From: Eledone cirrhosa
Lineage: Eukaryota
NCBI GenBank assembly: GCA_964016885.1
Contig: OZ024743.1
Coordinates: 154,256,001 to 154,320,000, forward strand
Length of the DNA: 64,000 nucleotides
Direction of reading: 5' to 3'
Under the pieces are notes generated by a model, which was given only the letters and a program-made list of their open reading frames with translations, ran no database searches and was not told the DNA's origin. Of the stretch, positions 51,282 through 64,000 are shown piece by piece; positions within the stretch are counted from its first letter, which is position 1; each line of letters begins with the position of its first letter. The position numbers and the translations under genes were made by a program.

Positions 51282-54073
51282 GTATAGTAAAGCGGTTTAT
51301 CGTCTTGATGATAGAAATAAAATTGATTCCATTAGTAGAAATGGAGAAGGGCGTTATATATATGTATATATACATGTTTTATATAGAAATTGCTTCTACA
51401 GGACTAGAACTGTTTCATCCAAAAGAAATCCTCATATATATGTGTGTGTGTATATATGCAGTATATATATATATATGTGTGTGTGTGTATGTGTGTGTAT
51501 GTGTGTGTATGTGTGTGTTTGCGGGAGGGTGTTTTTGCGTGTGTGTGTCTGTTTGCGCGTGTGTGTGTATGTGTGCATGTGTGTGTGTGTGTGTGCTTGT
51601 CTTTGCGAGAGTGTTGGTCTTTCATTGTTCCTTTTTTTTTTCAAACATCGCAGTTGAGCCGTGGTCATGAGTATTGAGGCAATGATATGAACGTACTTTT
51701 TACGTCCGCCTGAATGAAAAATCAGACACACTATGTCGGGTTTTAAGCCGAAAGCGTGACAACTGCTTATCAAGACTGTAGTGTTTAGACTGAGTAATGT
51801 ATTTGTGAAACAAACGTTATATTATTGAGGATAAAAATAGACGGTTTCTGAAAAGAAATTTCACGACAACTCGTAGCTTGTGAAGTGTATGGAGCAATCT
51901 TGTTTTGTTGTATCTGCTGCCTGCGTAGCTATTAGCGAATTCAGACAGGCGGAATTTAGACTACAGTAAATTAATAATGATAAATTGCGTAACATACAGG
52001 ACGGCTTTATAATATATTGCAGCTATTTTGTAAGGTTTGAAAAATATCTATAGAAGTTTGGTGGACTTACATTTCACCGTCGAAAACAGATTTCGTCAAT
52101 ACTAATTGATGATTGTTTACGTTAGCCTGCAAATATTCCCTGAGCTCAAAGGTGACCTACACCATGGTATTACTCGAACTAATATGATGTGGTTACTATT
52201 AAATCAGCTTCTACTCATCTCAAATAAGAACTCGAATATATCTATGTGCACAGCCACCACACATGTTTATCTTGAACTATTTCTGTTGTGTCTGATGCCA
52301 CAGTTCTTCTTTACACAGTTTGATAAATAAATTCATCTTATAAGTTCAATCTATAACCATGCTTTTCTTCTGAATTAAATATTCTAAATACAACACAACC
52401 ATTAATAGTATCGATCGCAACAATTCCGGCGTGCTTACAACGGTCATTACTGTATCGTTTATTTATGATAAACACCGATAAAACAGTCAAGAGCATTAAA
52501 TGGTTTATTTCTATTCAATCTTTGTCGTAGCTATAGCTGAGATGTATTGACGGGATCTATCTGAATGATACGTTTGTATCATTCAGATTGCACAAACAAA
52601 AGTATTAATGATGTAGAGCTGCTGAGGAGGACTTCAGGAAATGGTGGCTAGGATTTACCGGAAGCGAAGGACGAGTGACATGTTTCGGGTGCTTATCACG
52701 GTCACCTTTTCGTTGGCCGTGACCTCGTGCAGCCGTGTTAACAAAGTGAGCGAGAGAAGCTCTGTAATTCTCGGTCGGACGCAAGTCACATGGACGACGG
52801 CGTAGTGGACATTCAGCCTGGATTCAAGCGGAGACGCAAGGTCGATAAGTTCCCCTGCTACAGCAAATGATATTATTATATAATTTAACACCATTTATCG
52901 TCCTGCTCAATCTCATTGTCTTCAATCTGTATTCAAACGAATCGAACGCATGATATAAAGAATGCCAATAAAAATTATCTTCTAATATTTTTGCACAGTA
53001 AAAAGGGCAAACTGTACGAAACTGATTAGAAGATAGTAAAGTAATGTCATAATTTACTCGTAGTTTGTTATGTATTATCTACTTGTATACACACATACGA
53101 ACACAAACGCATATGCACACATACGTATATACATGTATGCAAAAAGCAAAGAGAAATAACAGGAAAATGACATATTACAAGAAATATATTCTTAGTTTTA
53201 CGCTTGATACAGTTGTCCTAAAGTTTCGGAGGCTCATCAGAGAAGGGAATGAGAAATTGAAAAGACAAAGAATGATGGAGGAAACGGGCCATGGCAGAAA
53301 AGGAAAAATATATTTTACAACAAAATAACAGGTTCATTCATGTCGCCTCTCTGTATATATATATATATGTATATATATATAAGTTTATGTTTAGTTTCAG
53401 AGCAGATACAATATAGCAGATTTATGACCCCTGGGCAGTATGTAAAGTATCGAGGCCCAACGACAGATGAAATATTCCGTATATAAATTACGTTTAATGG
53501 TGGATCATACATTACAATCCACCACTAAGGAGTTTATCTAGGTGTTTCATAGAAATAGTCTGGTCATATTGCTCTTTTCGGTTTCTAATTTGTATATTGA
53601 CATGACATTCTGATATCTGCGAAATCTGCTAAAGCGTGACAGCTGTTCGATTGCATTTGCCATTTTACATTAAATAAACATATTCATCGAGATAGTGATA
53701 CACTGATTAGTGGTGCGTTAGATATTTGGTGGTGCTTCCAGGAAATAGCAATTATTATGAACATGCTGCTGCGCCAAATTGTGTTTTTTGCACGTGCAGA
53801 TGGTTTCTTTAAATTCTATTTTAAACAGTGACGTGTCATTTTATACATGGTCAATATGTTTGTGTGTGTCTGAGAGAGAGCGAGGAAGGGGAGGGTGGTG
53901 GGGGGGGGGGGGGGGGGGGGGGGTAGATTGACCGGAGAGACCAACAATGTTGGGAGAACTCCAAAATGGGGAGATGAATGGTAGGTATAGAGATAGATAA
54001 AATCCCGACTGCAGATGTTGGATAAATAAGGAATAGCAATAATAAATACATAAGCCAAAAATTCAAAGACGAC

Positions 54074-54151
<78 letters not shown>

Positions 54152-54479
54152 TATATATAAACCCTTATAGGAAATATATTTATCTCCTTCGGTAGAGCAC
54201 TCTTTCGACTTAAAACCACTATGTAGAAACAAACCATTTGTATTTCTACGAAAAATGTTCCAGTACCTAAAATGATTCATTAAAAAACTGATTCATACCT
54301 AAAAAGGAGATGTTTGGGGTGCCTTTTATTTCGTTACAGCTGATAAACACCAGGAAATGTTCTGATTAAAGCCAAGCTTTATTACCCTTCGAAAATTACC
54401 TATTTGTACTCTACGGCCTAGAAAATTTCAAAATAGAAGCAACTCTACTCAACAGGATTTGAAGAAAATTATGCCATTG

Positions 54480-55535
54480 GTAAAGGATTATAAAGCAGTG
54501 CATGTTCACTCCGATAAATCTCAAGTCGAGAGGAGTATATCACCAATTGCTACACATTGTGTGACCAAAGGTTACCTGAAAACCGATCCGAATATTATTA
54601 AGGTCATCAACAACGCTGGCTTAAATATCACTTCGGAACTTAATATCGAGAACATGACTGAAACTCTGGACCATAATTCTCCTCATTTTAATTTGAAGTA
54701 TCATAAATCAAATTTCGTTAACAACCCATCTGTTCTGCACCTTTATCCGTCCTAGTCTGATTTAGCTAGGTTCAGTATAAGAATTTTAGATAGAATTATA
54801 CCCCAAATTAGAATATGGCATTTTTGCCTTGTGGAATAATTCTTTCACGCTGACTGATTGGTTGAAGGGCATAGTTCAGAAGGAACGCTGCCATTTTATC
54901 AAATTTGATATCAAAAACTATTATTTTTCTATCACCTTACTGCTCTTTCTTAGAGTTATTAATTTCGGCAAAAGGCTCACGGGTATTAAGGATTTCGAAT
55001 TGAATGCCATCTTAAAAGTTCGTAAATACCTGATAAATTTCAACAACTCTATTCTGTTTTGAAAAATGAAATAATGCCACCTTTGATGTGAGCATCGGTG
55101 CTAGCGTTCTGGCGTAGGTCATATATCTTAGTGGTGTATATTTACACTTTTCCATGAAAAATGAATTCTTTAATATAAGCGCTGGTCTCTACCCTGATGA
55201 TGGCGCCACATTATTGTTTTTGACTATATTAGCTATATTACCTGGTCATAGTAATATAAACTACCCTGAAGTTAGTTCAAGTTGCAATTGTATGAATAGG
55301 GGCTACTGTCCTCTAGCAGGAATATGCCTATCAAGAAATGTAATTTATAAATATAAGATTGATACAGCCACAACCAATAAGTTTTACATAGGATAAACTG
55401 AAATTAGATTTAGCAGTAACTATACATGCACTCTCATTCATTTCGTAACACTCTAAGAAGGAATATAATTTCACTTTCAGCCATTAGCTGAAGTTTAAAA
55501 AACTATATATCCAATACAAGTTACACAGGGAGATA
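54480..55535 (+). pseudogene. PLE RT + GIY-YIG remnant, internally deleted
   Basis: LKYHKSNF, ILDRIIP, FIKFDIKNYY and GLYPDDG, joined to CNCMNRGYCPLAGICLSRNVIY...FYIG. Confidence 0.85.
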
Positions 55536-56768
55536 TTAGCTAAAGACACAGCCCTCTATGCTGATAAGACCTCTTCCACCTTCAGATCTCCTGAAGTAGA
55601 GACTATCGACATCACTCCTCTTGTGTAACATGTTGTAGATAGTCAATAACTTCCTAGTCTTCCTATCCATTTCTTTTTGTTCAGCAACATTCCATCTCAG
55701 AATTCCCGCAATGTACCTAATCATAGACACAGCTCGGGAATTTACTGCACCTATGGCATTCCTACTGTTCAGATGTGACTTGAATACGCTCCTTATTCTC
55801 CGAATGTATTCAGATCTTATCAATTCCTTCATTTGTTTGTTCTTGATGTCATCAGCCTCCAGAACACCCACATACTTGTATCCTTCTTCAGTGTCAATTT
55901 CATTTATCATCTCACCTGTTGGTAGCTGGATTCCGTTGCTTCTGCTTACTTTACCCCTCTTCATCACAAGGACTCCACACTTACTAATACCAAATTACAT
56001 ACATATATAATTGCTGAAAATACGGACAGTGTCGACAAGGACATCCAACTCCTTCTCACTCTTCCCGAAGAGATTAAGATCGTCCATAAAGAGCAGGTAA
56101 TTGATGGTAAGCTCTCACTTTTCGCAGTATAATGGTCAGGGGCATCAGGGCAAGGACAAACAACAGAGGGGACAGACTATCTCCCTGGAAGATACCTGTC
56201 TTGATCTTCACGCCTCCCAAGGATTCTCCAGCTGATGTTAACTCTGTTTCGCAGGACTTCATACTTTTGCCCAACAACTGTCTGATGTTATCTGCCACAT
56301 TGAAGATCTCTAGGCTTTTCGTGATCCAAGAATGCGGCACCATGTCAAATGCCTTTTTGTAGTCTATCCATCCCATAGCAAGATCAGTGTGTCTCCTCTT
56401 GCGATTCCTCATTACCATCTTATCAATAAGTAACTGGTCTTTTGTACCACAGGACTTCTTTCGGCATCCTTTCTGTTCGTCCGGTAACAAGTTGTTTATG
56501 TGGAGATGATGATAGATTTCCTCAGACACAATACTTGTTAACAGTTTCCACATTACGGACAGACATGTGATAGGTCTATAGTTGGTAACATCATTACCGT
56601 TGATTCGGTCTTTCATTACCAGAACTGTGGTACCTTTTGTCAACCACTCTGGTACCTCACCTGTCATCAAGCAGTCATTGAACATGGTTGTCAGTTTCGG
56701 GTAGAGGGATGTTATATTTTTAATCCAATACACCTGCACACCATCTGGGCCTGGTGATTTCCAGTTGG
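55536..56768 (-). mobile_element. R4/Dong-like non-LTR retrotransposon RT fragment (copy A)
   Basis: NWKSPGPDG, NYRPITCL, EQKGCR, WIDYKKAFDMVPH, GIFQGDSLSPLLF, FMDDL and YKYVGV. Truncated at both ends. Confidence 0.9.
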
Positions 56769-56771
56769 TTA

Positions 56772-56824
<53 letters not shown>
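56769..56824. repeat. (ATT)n target/tail tract (also 58634-58668 and 62153-62207)
   Basis: Directly visible at every element junction. Confidence 0.95.
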
Positions 56825-56825
<1 letters not shown>

Positions 56826-58632
56826 AGTTGCGTTTATCTTGCTTTATGTTCATACGAGTTATCACCAAGTCACAACCAGTGACCTCAAGAGACAACAAGG
56901 TCCGCCATGTTCAAGAAAGAACATACATACTCACACATGCATCTTTAGTGTTTAGACTTGTGATGTACTTATATTGACAGAATCTTCCTTAGTATAAAGG
57001 TAGTTCCCATTAGTACTATCTTTTGTATTTCTCCTAAACGCGGGTTTCCTGGGATTTGCGATAAGTAATCATTAGACCCCTTAGGTATCATTCCCAGAGC
57101 GCCTAAACCACTGGTATTGTTTTAGTTCTCAATTTCCACATTTTTCCAATTTCTATCTCCAGGTCCTTATACTTGCTCAATTTTTCAAATGTTTTTATAG
57201 ATACATTCTTGTCTATTGGAACAGACATATCAATTAGCAGGCATACCCTCTTTTTAAAGTCCTTCAATATTATATCAGGTCTATTTGCATCTATTTTTCG
57301 GTCTGTTTGGATGCTAGAGTTCCACAAGATTGAGATGAGATATTTTTCAAGTATGGGAGGTGGTTGATGCTCCCACCAATTCTTTTGATGGGGCAGGTCA
57401 AAATGCTTACACATTATCCAATGTATGTATTGTGCAGCTCTGTAATGCCTGTTTAGGTATTCGGTTGGTGCTGTAGGACTGCACATGGAAATTATATGGT
57501 CAATGGTCTCTGGTTGTTTTTTGCATACACGGCATAATGGGCTGCATCCATTTTTTATTATGTTGGCTTGGTAATTTTTTGTTGGCAGACACTGATCATG
57601 TGCTGATATAATCAGTCCTTCAGTCTCCGTTTTCAGTCCAGCGGATGCCAACCACTGATGGGTTAAAGTTTTGTCAACGTCAGGATTGTTAGCTCGCTCT
57701 GGGTATTTTCCATACAGAGGCTTTTCTTGCAATTTCTTAGCCAGTTTCTGTAGCAGTACTTTCTTTGCAGTTACCTTTACCTGCTTTGCTTTTTCTGTGT
57801 TTTCCATTTCAGCAGTAAATGGGACTTCTGAAATTTGGAGTCCATTACTGTATCTTTGTGCATCTTTTGTAATGGAATGTGATCTTTTGATGCTTTCGTG
57901 TTTCAAAACGAGTTTGATCATCCAATCATGTGATTCCCTTAGATATGTAGATAATCCAATTGTTGCAGTTTTCAACGCAATGTCTAACTGGATTAACCCA
58001 CGTCCTCCTTCTTTCCTAGGGAGATATATTCTATCTATATCTGCCTTAGGGTGATGCATTCTGTGCATGGTTAAGAATTTTCGAATTTTTGTATCGAGCC
58101 TACGGATCTCTGTGCTTGACCAGTTGATGACATTGTAACTGTAGGTTACTACTGGTATGGCAAACGTGTTTATGGCATCGATCCTATTCCTTGCATTCAA
58201 TTCCGTTCTTAAGATTGCTCTTACTCTGCGGTAACATTCCTTCCTTATCCTTTCCCTCATTGTCGAGTGATTGATTCCGTCTCCTTCACAAACACCTAGA
58301 TATTTGTAAGTTTTTTCTTGATCAAGTTCTCTTATCACTTTCCCCCGATCAAGATTGATGCCTGAACTCTTCAGCAGCTTTCCTCTGGTGAACGTTGCTT
58401 TGGCGCATTTATCTAGTCCAAACTTCACTTTAATGTCATCACTGAACTGCTCCATGGTGGATAATAGCCCTTGCAATTGTTCATCATTTTTTGCAAATAG
58501 TTTCAGGTCATCCATGTAGAACAAGTGATTAATGGTTTTGTCATAGACGTTATATCCATGTTATGTTTCATTGAGCATTTTACTTAATGGTATAAGTGCG
58601 ATGCAGAATAAAAGCGGTGAATAAAAGCGGTG

Positions 58633-58633
<1 letters not shown>
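56825..58633 (-). mobile_element. R4/Dong-like retrotransposon, 5'-truncated (copy B)
   Basis: FYMDDLK, the CCHC motif CRVC...HIISMC and the RLE motif NRPDII...LIDMSVP...K...KY. The stop is at 56969-56971 and the 3' UTR ends in (AAT)n. Confidence 0.93.
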
Positions 58634-58668
<35 letters not shown>

Positions 58669-61600
58669 GGTGTGTTCGAACGTCTTTTTGCTCGCCCCCT
58701 GTAAGTCGCATTATTTACCTGTTATAATTATTTGTTGATTAATTTTTCATGTTTTTTATGGTCTTTGCACTGTGAAGGGGAAGGTATAATATTTGGGCCT
58801 TTTGGTCTAAATATTTGAAACATATTTGAACATTTTACTTTTAAAAATAATTAAAAAAATCACATGACTGAGTCACCCAAGCAATATGTTTGCTGTCGTG
58901 TGACAACGGAGTAAAAGTCGAGAGGAGGGTTACAGAAATTAATACAACAAACTTCACCACAGCCAACGTGAACAAAGACAACAACACTGAGAACACTAAT
59001 TTAAAAAAACATTATCACAACAACTACAACAATAACAGCGACGACGAAAATACAGATAACAGGAAAAAATGCGAACACTGAAAATATAAGTAATAGCAAT
59101 GGCAATTATTTAGATTTGTCACATACAGACATGGATTTCCCGCCATTACCAATTTGTACAAGTGTTAAAGCCACCATCCTCACCAGCACTACCACTACCA
59201 CAACTGAAACTAAAAATAATAATAACAAGAATAACAATAACAACAACAGCAACAGCAGCAACAATAAGAATAACAAAAACAACATCAACAACAGCGCAAA
59301 ACCAAATGTCGTTTGCTAAAGCGGCAAACAAAAATGAAACGGATGAGGTAAGCCAGGAAGAATTGAATTAAGCCAAGCGAATGGTAAAACAATATGGTTA
59401 CAGGGTCAGCTTCACTCAAGTTAATACCATGGAGCATGGGCGCCTATGCACCGTGTCATATTGGATGATAAATATTAAAACGCGCGAGTGGAACCGGCCT
59501 CCGAGTCCCAGATACAAAAAAGCTTTGGCACATGTGTGGACTAAAAAAACCACATCAGACGTGGGCTAACATATGGAGACCGTGGACGTGTTCCTTGGAG
59601 CCCCACAGGAATCCAGACAGCACTCCATGACCTCATTAAAAAAGTGACGAGTTCGCACTCATCCACTCATCCCAAGCTACTGTAGTCAGAGGTTGCTGAG
59701 GATCAGGGAGACCCAGGCTCCGCCGACCATTGGAATTCCCTGGCTAATGGCTGCCGCCTTCGCCGGCATCGAGAACGACACTAAAATAATTGATGTGCTA
59801 AAAGTAAAGCAGGAGAAATGGTCCGGATGTGGGATGGAGCTTCTGATCCAAGCGGACCAAAAAAAAACAAACATACAGGAAATTCCAGAGGTGATAGACC
59901 TCAATGACAGCAGCCACCTCACCATAATCATTGAGGGTAGAAGGCCTAGGTGTGTCGTTTGTGGCGAATGAACCCACCTAAAGGCGTTCTGCCCTCAGGC
60001 TAAACAAGTGAGGCCACATCTCTTACCCACCCCAGTGACTCAACCATCAAAACCAGCAGCAGGAATGGCAGCAACAACTGTAGCAGCAATAACAGACACA
60101 ACACTATACAGCAACAACCCCAACAACTGTAGCAGTAACAGTAGCAAAACCAACACCACCACCACTCACCACGCCAGAATTAGCACCAGCGTCTCCACCA
60201 TCCACCACGCCACAACCAAAACCAACGCCGAGGAAGAGTGGGAAACTGTATCTGGAAAAAAGAAAAAAAAAGAAACCGATAAAGAAACAATCCTCTTCCT
60301 TCGCCCTCCAAATACAAAATAAAAGGCGAAACTAAAGAACAAACAAACTAACATAAAAGTTAAGACAACTACGTCAACCCCACACCAGGATCACCAGCCC
60401 CATCACCACAAAGACCAACACCATTACCATCATTAATCCCAACACCACAAACATCACCAACAAGCGAAATAGATACAAACCCACAACAAACGCAAACAAA
60501 TCAAAGCAACCAAAATGATACACACTACACTGCATTAAATTTGAACAACAACCAATTATTACACTACATCCAACACAACACCAGCATCACAGAAAAAGAC
60601 TATACATCACCCCCAAAATTCACACCACCCCCACACATACAAATCACTCGCATCACACAGATAACGTACACGACGCTAACACAAAACTTCCCAAGGACAT
60701 CGCAGAGTTCCGACAAAATTTACAGGAGGATTTATAAAGACATCCGTACGGAGGGGGCTACAAAGAGTGAGAAGGACAGAAAAACCATCCTTTCCCCACA
60801 AGAAGTGAGTTAAGTGGTCTTTCAAATCTTTGCCCACTCCTGTTCAACGTCACCTTACTCAGAATAGGCAGCATAAAAGCGCGTGGTCTGGGGTCGTCAT
60901 GGAAGCAGGGTCATTATTTCAACGAAGTTAGGTCACTAAATATAGATGTGGTGGTCCACAGCGAGACCAGAATCTCCGAAGCACGAGCCTACGTACAGAT
61001 CTTCACGGGCTATGATCTATACGCATCTCCCAGCGGTCCAGGATCGGGGGGGAGGTGTTGCAGTGCTTTTTCGGAGAGGCTTAGATCTTGCCATACGGGT
61101 CATCTTCCTGGACTCAGAAGGTAAGTCGGTGGTGCTAGACGTGACCGGCAGCAGATCCGTGTTAGCTTACGCCGACGACGTCACCGTGGTGGTGTCGAGC
61201 ACCAAACACGTCCAGATGCTCGGTACCGCTCTCAAGAAATACGAAGAGGTGACAGGAGCAAAGATAAAACATGAAAAGTCGGTGTGCTAGCACCTTGGCA
61301 CATGGAGAGTCAAGTCCATGCCATCCAACAGCGTCGTAGGGTGCTGGACGGAAGGGCCTGTTAAATTGCTCGGGGTCTGGTTTGGTCCAGACCTACAGAA
61401 ATGGTCTGAGAGGAGCCTGTCTCTGAAAAGACGAGTGGAGGTGGTGAATGCGTACATCGCATCCGCCTGACCGTCGTACCTTTCCTCCGCCCAAATCTGA
61501 CCAAAATGGAGCGTTGCCCGTTCGGGATAAGCTCTAGAGACACGGAGGTGCTATCAGCCGAGCCTGTCCGAGATGCGCGCAGGGCGACGAAACCGTGCTG

Positions 61601-62152
61601 CACGCACTCGTTCAGTGCCAGAGGATTGCTGACTTGTGGAGCTATGTCGAACAGCTGCTGTCGCGTGTAGGATGGATTCGGTTATCGATTGAGTCCATTG
61701 TGCAGATAGTCCCGCCATCCTCCTTTAAAGAGGAGGAAGGACAGGCAGTTTTCATCTGCCTGGTGGCCACGGCGAAAGAGATAGTGTGGTTGACAAGGTT
61801 GAAACGGTTGAAGACGGACACTTTCCTCTTCGGCCAATCCCTGATTAATTTTATCAAGATTCGCTTGAAGAGGAAAACCATGGTGGAGAGGTAAGTGTTG
61901 TCTTCTAGTAAGTTTGTTGGAAGGTGCGTGAAAGTGGCGAGTCTGGTCCAAGTGAACGGGCTCGCTCTGAGTATGCGCCTGTAGACTGAGGAGTGGGCAA
62001 ACTGAGAGAGGGTGCTTGCCATGGTGGTCAGGTTGGCTGTGGCCTTTTTGTGTGGTTTACACGACCAAAACCCACTTTGTATCGTCATGTACTGTTCTGT
62101 GCTGTCTCTAATGTTTTTCTTCGTGTTAGCCCTTGTGGTCAATAAAGAAACC
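58669..62152 (+). mobile_element. Tx1/L1-clade LINE, internally deleted
   Basis: ORF1 has the zinc knuckle CVVCGE*THLKAFCP. The ORF2 APE (GSIKARGL...DVVVHSET, GGGVAVLF) is fused by deletion to the RT (AYADDV...GAKIKHEKS). The CCHC motif is CPRC...ETVLHALVQC, and AATAAA lies at 62141. Confidence 0.85.
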
Positions 62153-62207
62153 ATTATTATTATCATTGTTATTATTATTGTTATTATTATTATTATTATT
62201 ATTATTA

Positions 62208-64000
62208 CAGTTGCATTTATCTTGCTTTATGTTCATACGAGTTATCACCAAGTCACAACCAGTGACCTCAAGAGACAACAAGGTCCGCCATGTTCAAGAA
62301 AGAACATACATACTCACACATGAATCTTTAGTGTTTAGACTTGTGATGTACTTATATTGACAGAATCTTCCTTAGTATATGGGCAGTTCCCATTAGTACT
62401 ATCTTTTGTATTTCTCCTATACGCGGATTTCCTGGGATTTGCGATAAGTAATCATTAGATCCCTTAGGTATCATTCCCAGAGCGCCTACAACCACTGGTA
62501 TTGTTTTAGTTCTCAATTTCCACATTTTTCCAATTTCTATCTCCAGGTCCTTATACTTGCTCAATTTTTCAAATGTTTTTATAGATACATTCTTGTCTAT
62601 TGGAACAGACATATCAATTAGCAGGCATACCCTCTTTTTAAAGTCCTTCAATATTATATCAGGTCTATTTGCATCTATTTTTCGGTCTGTTTGGATGCTA
62701 AAGTTCCACAAGATTGAGATGTGGTCTTTTTCACGTATGGGAGGTGGTTGATGCTCCCACCAATTCTTTTGATGGGGCAGGTCAAAATGCTTACACATTA
62801 TCCAATGTATGTATTGTGCAACTCTGTCATGCCTGTTTAGGTATTCGGTTGGAGCTATACGACTGCACATTGAAATTATATGGTCAATGGTCTCTGGTTG
62901 TTTTTTGCATACACGGCATAATGGGCTGCATCCATTTTTTATTATGTTGGCTTGGTAATTTTTTGTTGGCAGACACTGATCTTGTGCTGATATAATCAGT
63001 CCTTCAGTCTCCGATTTCAGTCCAGAGGATGCCAACCACTGGTGGGTTAAACTTTTGTCAACATCAGGATTGTTAGCTCGCTCTGGGTATTTTCCATACA
63101 TAGGCTTTTCTTGCCATTTCTTAGCCAGTTTCTGTAGCAGTTCTTTCTTTGCAGTTACTTTTACCTGCTTTGCTTTTTCTGTGTTTTCCATTTCAGCAGT
63201 AAAGGGGACTTCTGAAATGTGTAGTCCATTACTGTATCTTTGTGCATCTTTTGTAATGGAATATGATCTTTTGATGCTTTCGTGTTTCAAAACGAGTTTG
63301 ATTATCCAATCATGTGATTCCCTTAGATATGTAGATAATCCAATTGTTGCAGTTTTCAACGCAATGTCTAACTGGATTAACCCACATCCTCCTTCTTTCC
63401 TAGGGAGATATATTCTATCTATATCTGCCTTAGGGTGATGCTTTCTGTGCATGGTTAAGAATTTTCGAATTTTTGTATCGAGCCTACGGATCTTTGTGCT
63501 TGACCAGTTGATGACATTGTAACTGTAGGTTACTACTGGTATGGCAAGCGTGTTTATGGCATCGATCCTATTCCTTGCATTCAAATCTGTTCTTAAGATT
63601 GCTCTTACTCTGCGGTAACGTTCCTTCCTTATCCTTTCCCTAATTGTCGAGTGATTGATTCCGTCTCCTTCACAAACACCTAGATATTTGTAAGTTTTTT
63701 CTTGATCAAGTTCTCTTATCACGTTCCCCCGATCAAGATTGAAGTCTGAACTCTTCAGCAGCTTTCCTCTGGTGAACGTTGCGTTGGGCATTTATCTAGT
63801 CCAAACTTCATTTTAATGTCATCACTGCACTGCTCCACAGTGGATAATAGCCCTTCCAATTGTTCATCATTTTTTGCAAATAGTTTCAGGTCATCCATGT
63901 AGAACAAGTGATTAATGGTTTTGTCATAGACTTTATATCCATGTTTTGTTTCATTGAGCATTTTACTTAATGGTATAAGTGCGATGCAGAATAAAAGCGG
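62208..64000 (-). mobile_element. R4/Dong-like retrotransposon (copy C, close paralog of B; runs off the window)
   Basis: Colinear with 56825-58618. The 479-aa ORF holds the RT end, CCHC and RLE, with a frameshift near 63785. Confidence 0.93.

Noticed and set aside
53215-53246. Minus-strand CUGAUGA-GCCUCC-GAAA-CUUUAG
   Set aside because: There is no real stem II, NUH site or stem I. At most it is a dead remnant.
55194-55203. CTGATGA motif
   Set aside because: It is the coding sequence of the RT Y(P)DD motif, with no GAAA or stems.

Overview
AT-rich, (TA)n-riddled eukaryotic DNA. The tRNA-derived SINEs resemble those of octopus, so the source is probably a cephalopod (inference). No intact host gene is visible, and most ORF-track entries are microsatellite artefacts. 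The window is a mosaic of decayed mobile elements: at least eight Penelope-like element (PLE) fragments, three RTE-type LINEs, CRE-like 3' ends, a stack of R4/Dong-like and Tx1/L1-like retrotransposons in one (ATT)n tract, three Helitrons, a hAT (Buster/SPIN-like) transposase plus a MITE, a Chapaev3-like element and SINEs. The most striking hidden layer is RNA. About ten recognisable minimal type I hammerhead ribozyme (HHR) motifs, plus several decayed ones, lie on both strands, mostly in PLE pseudo-LTRs (pLTRs). They include a U3-A8 core covariant, forms with a greatly enlarged stem II, and opposite-strand pairs inside long inverted repeats. All structures were read by eye and are not folded computationally or tested.
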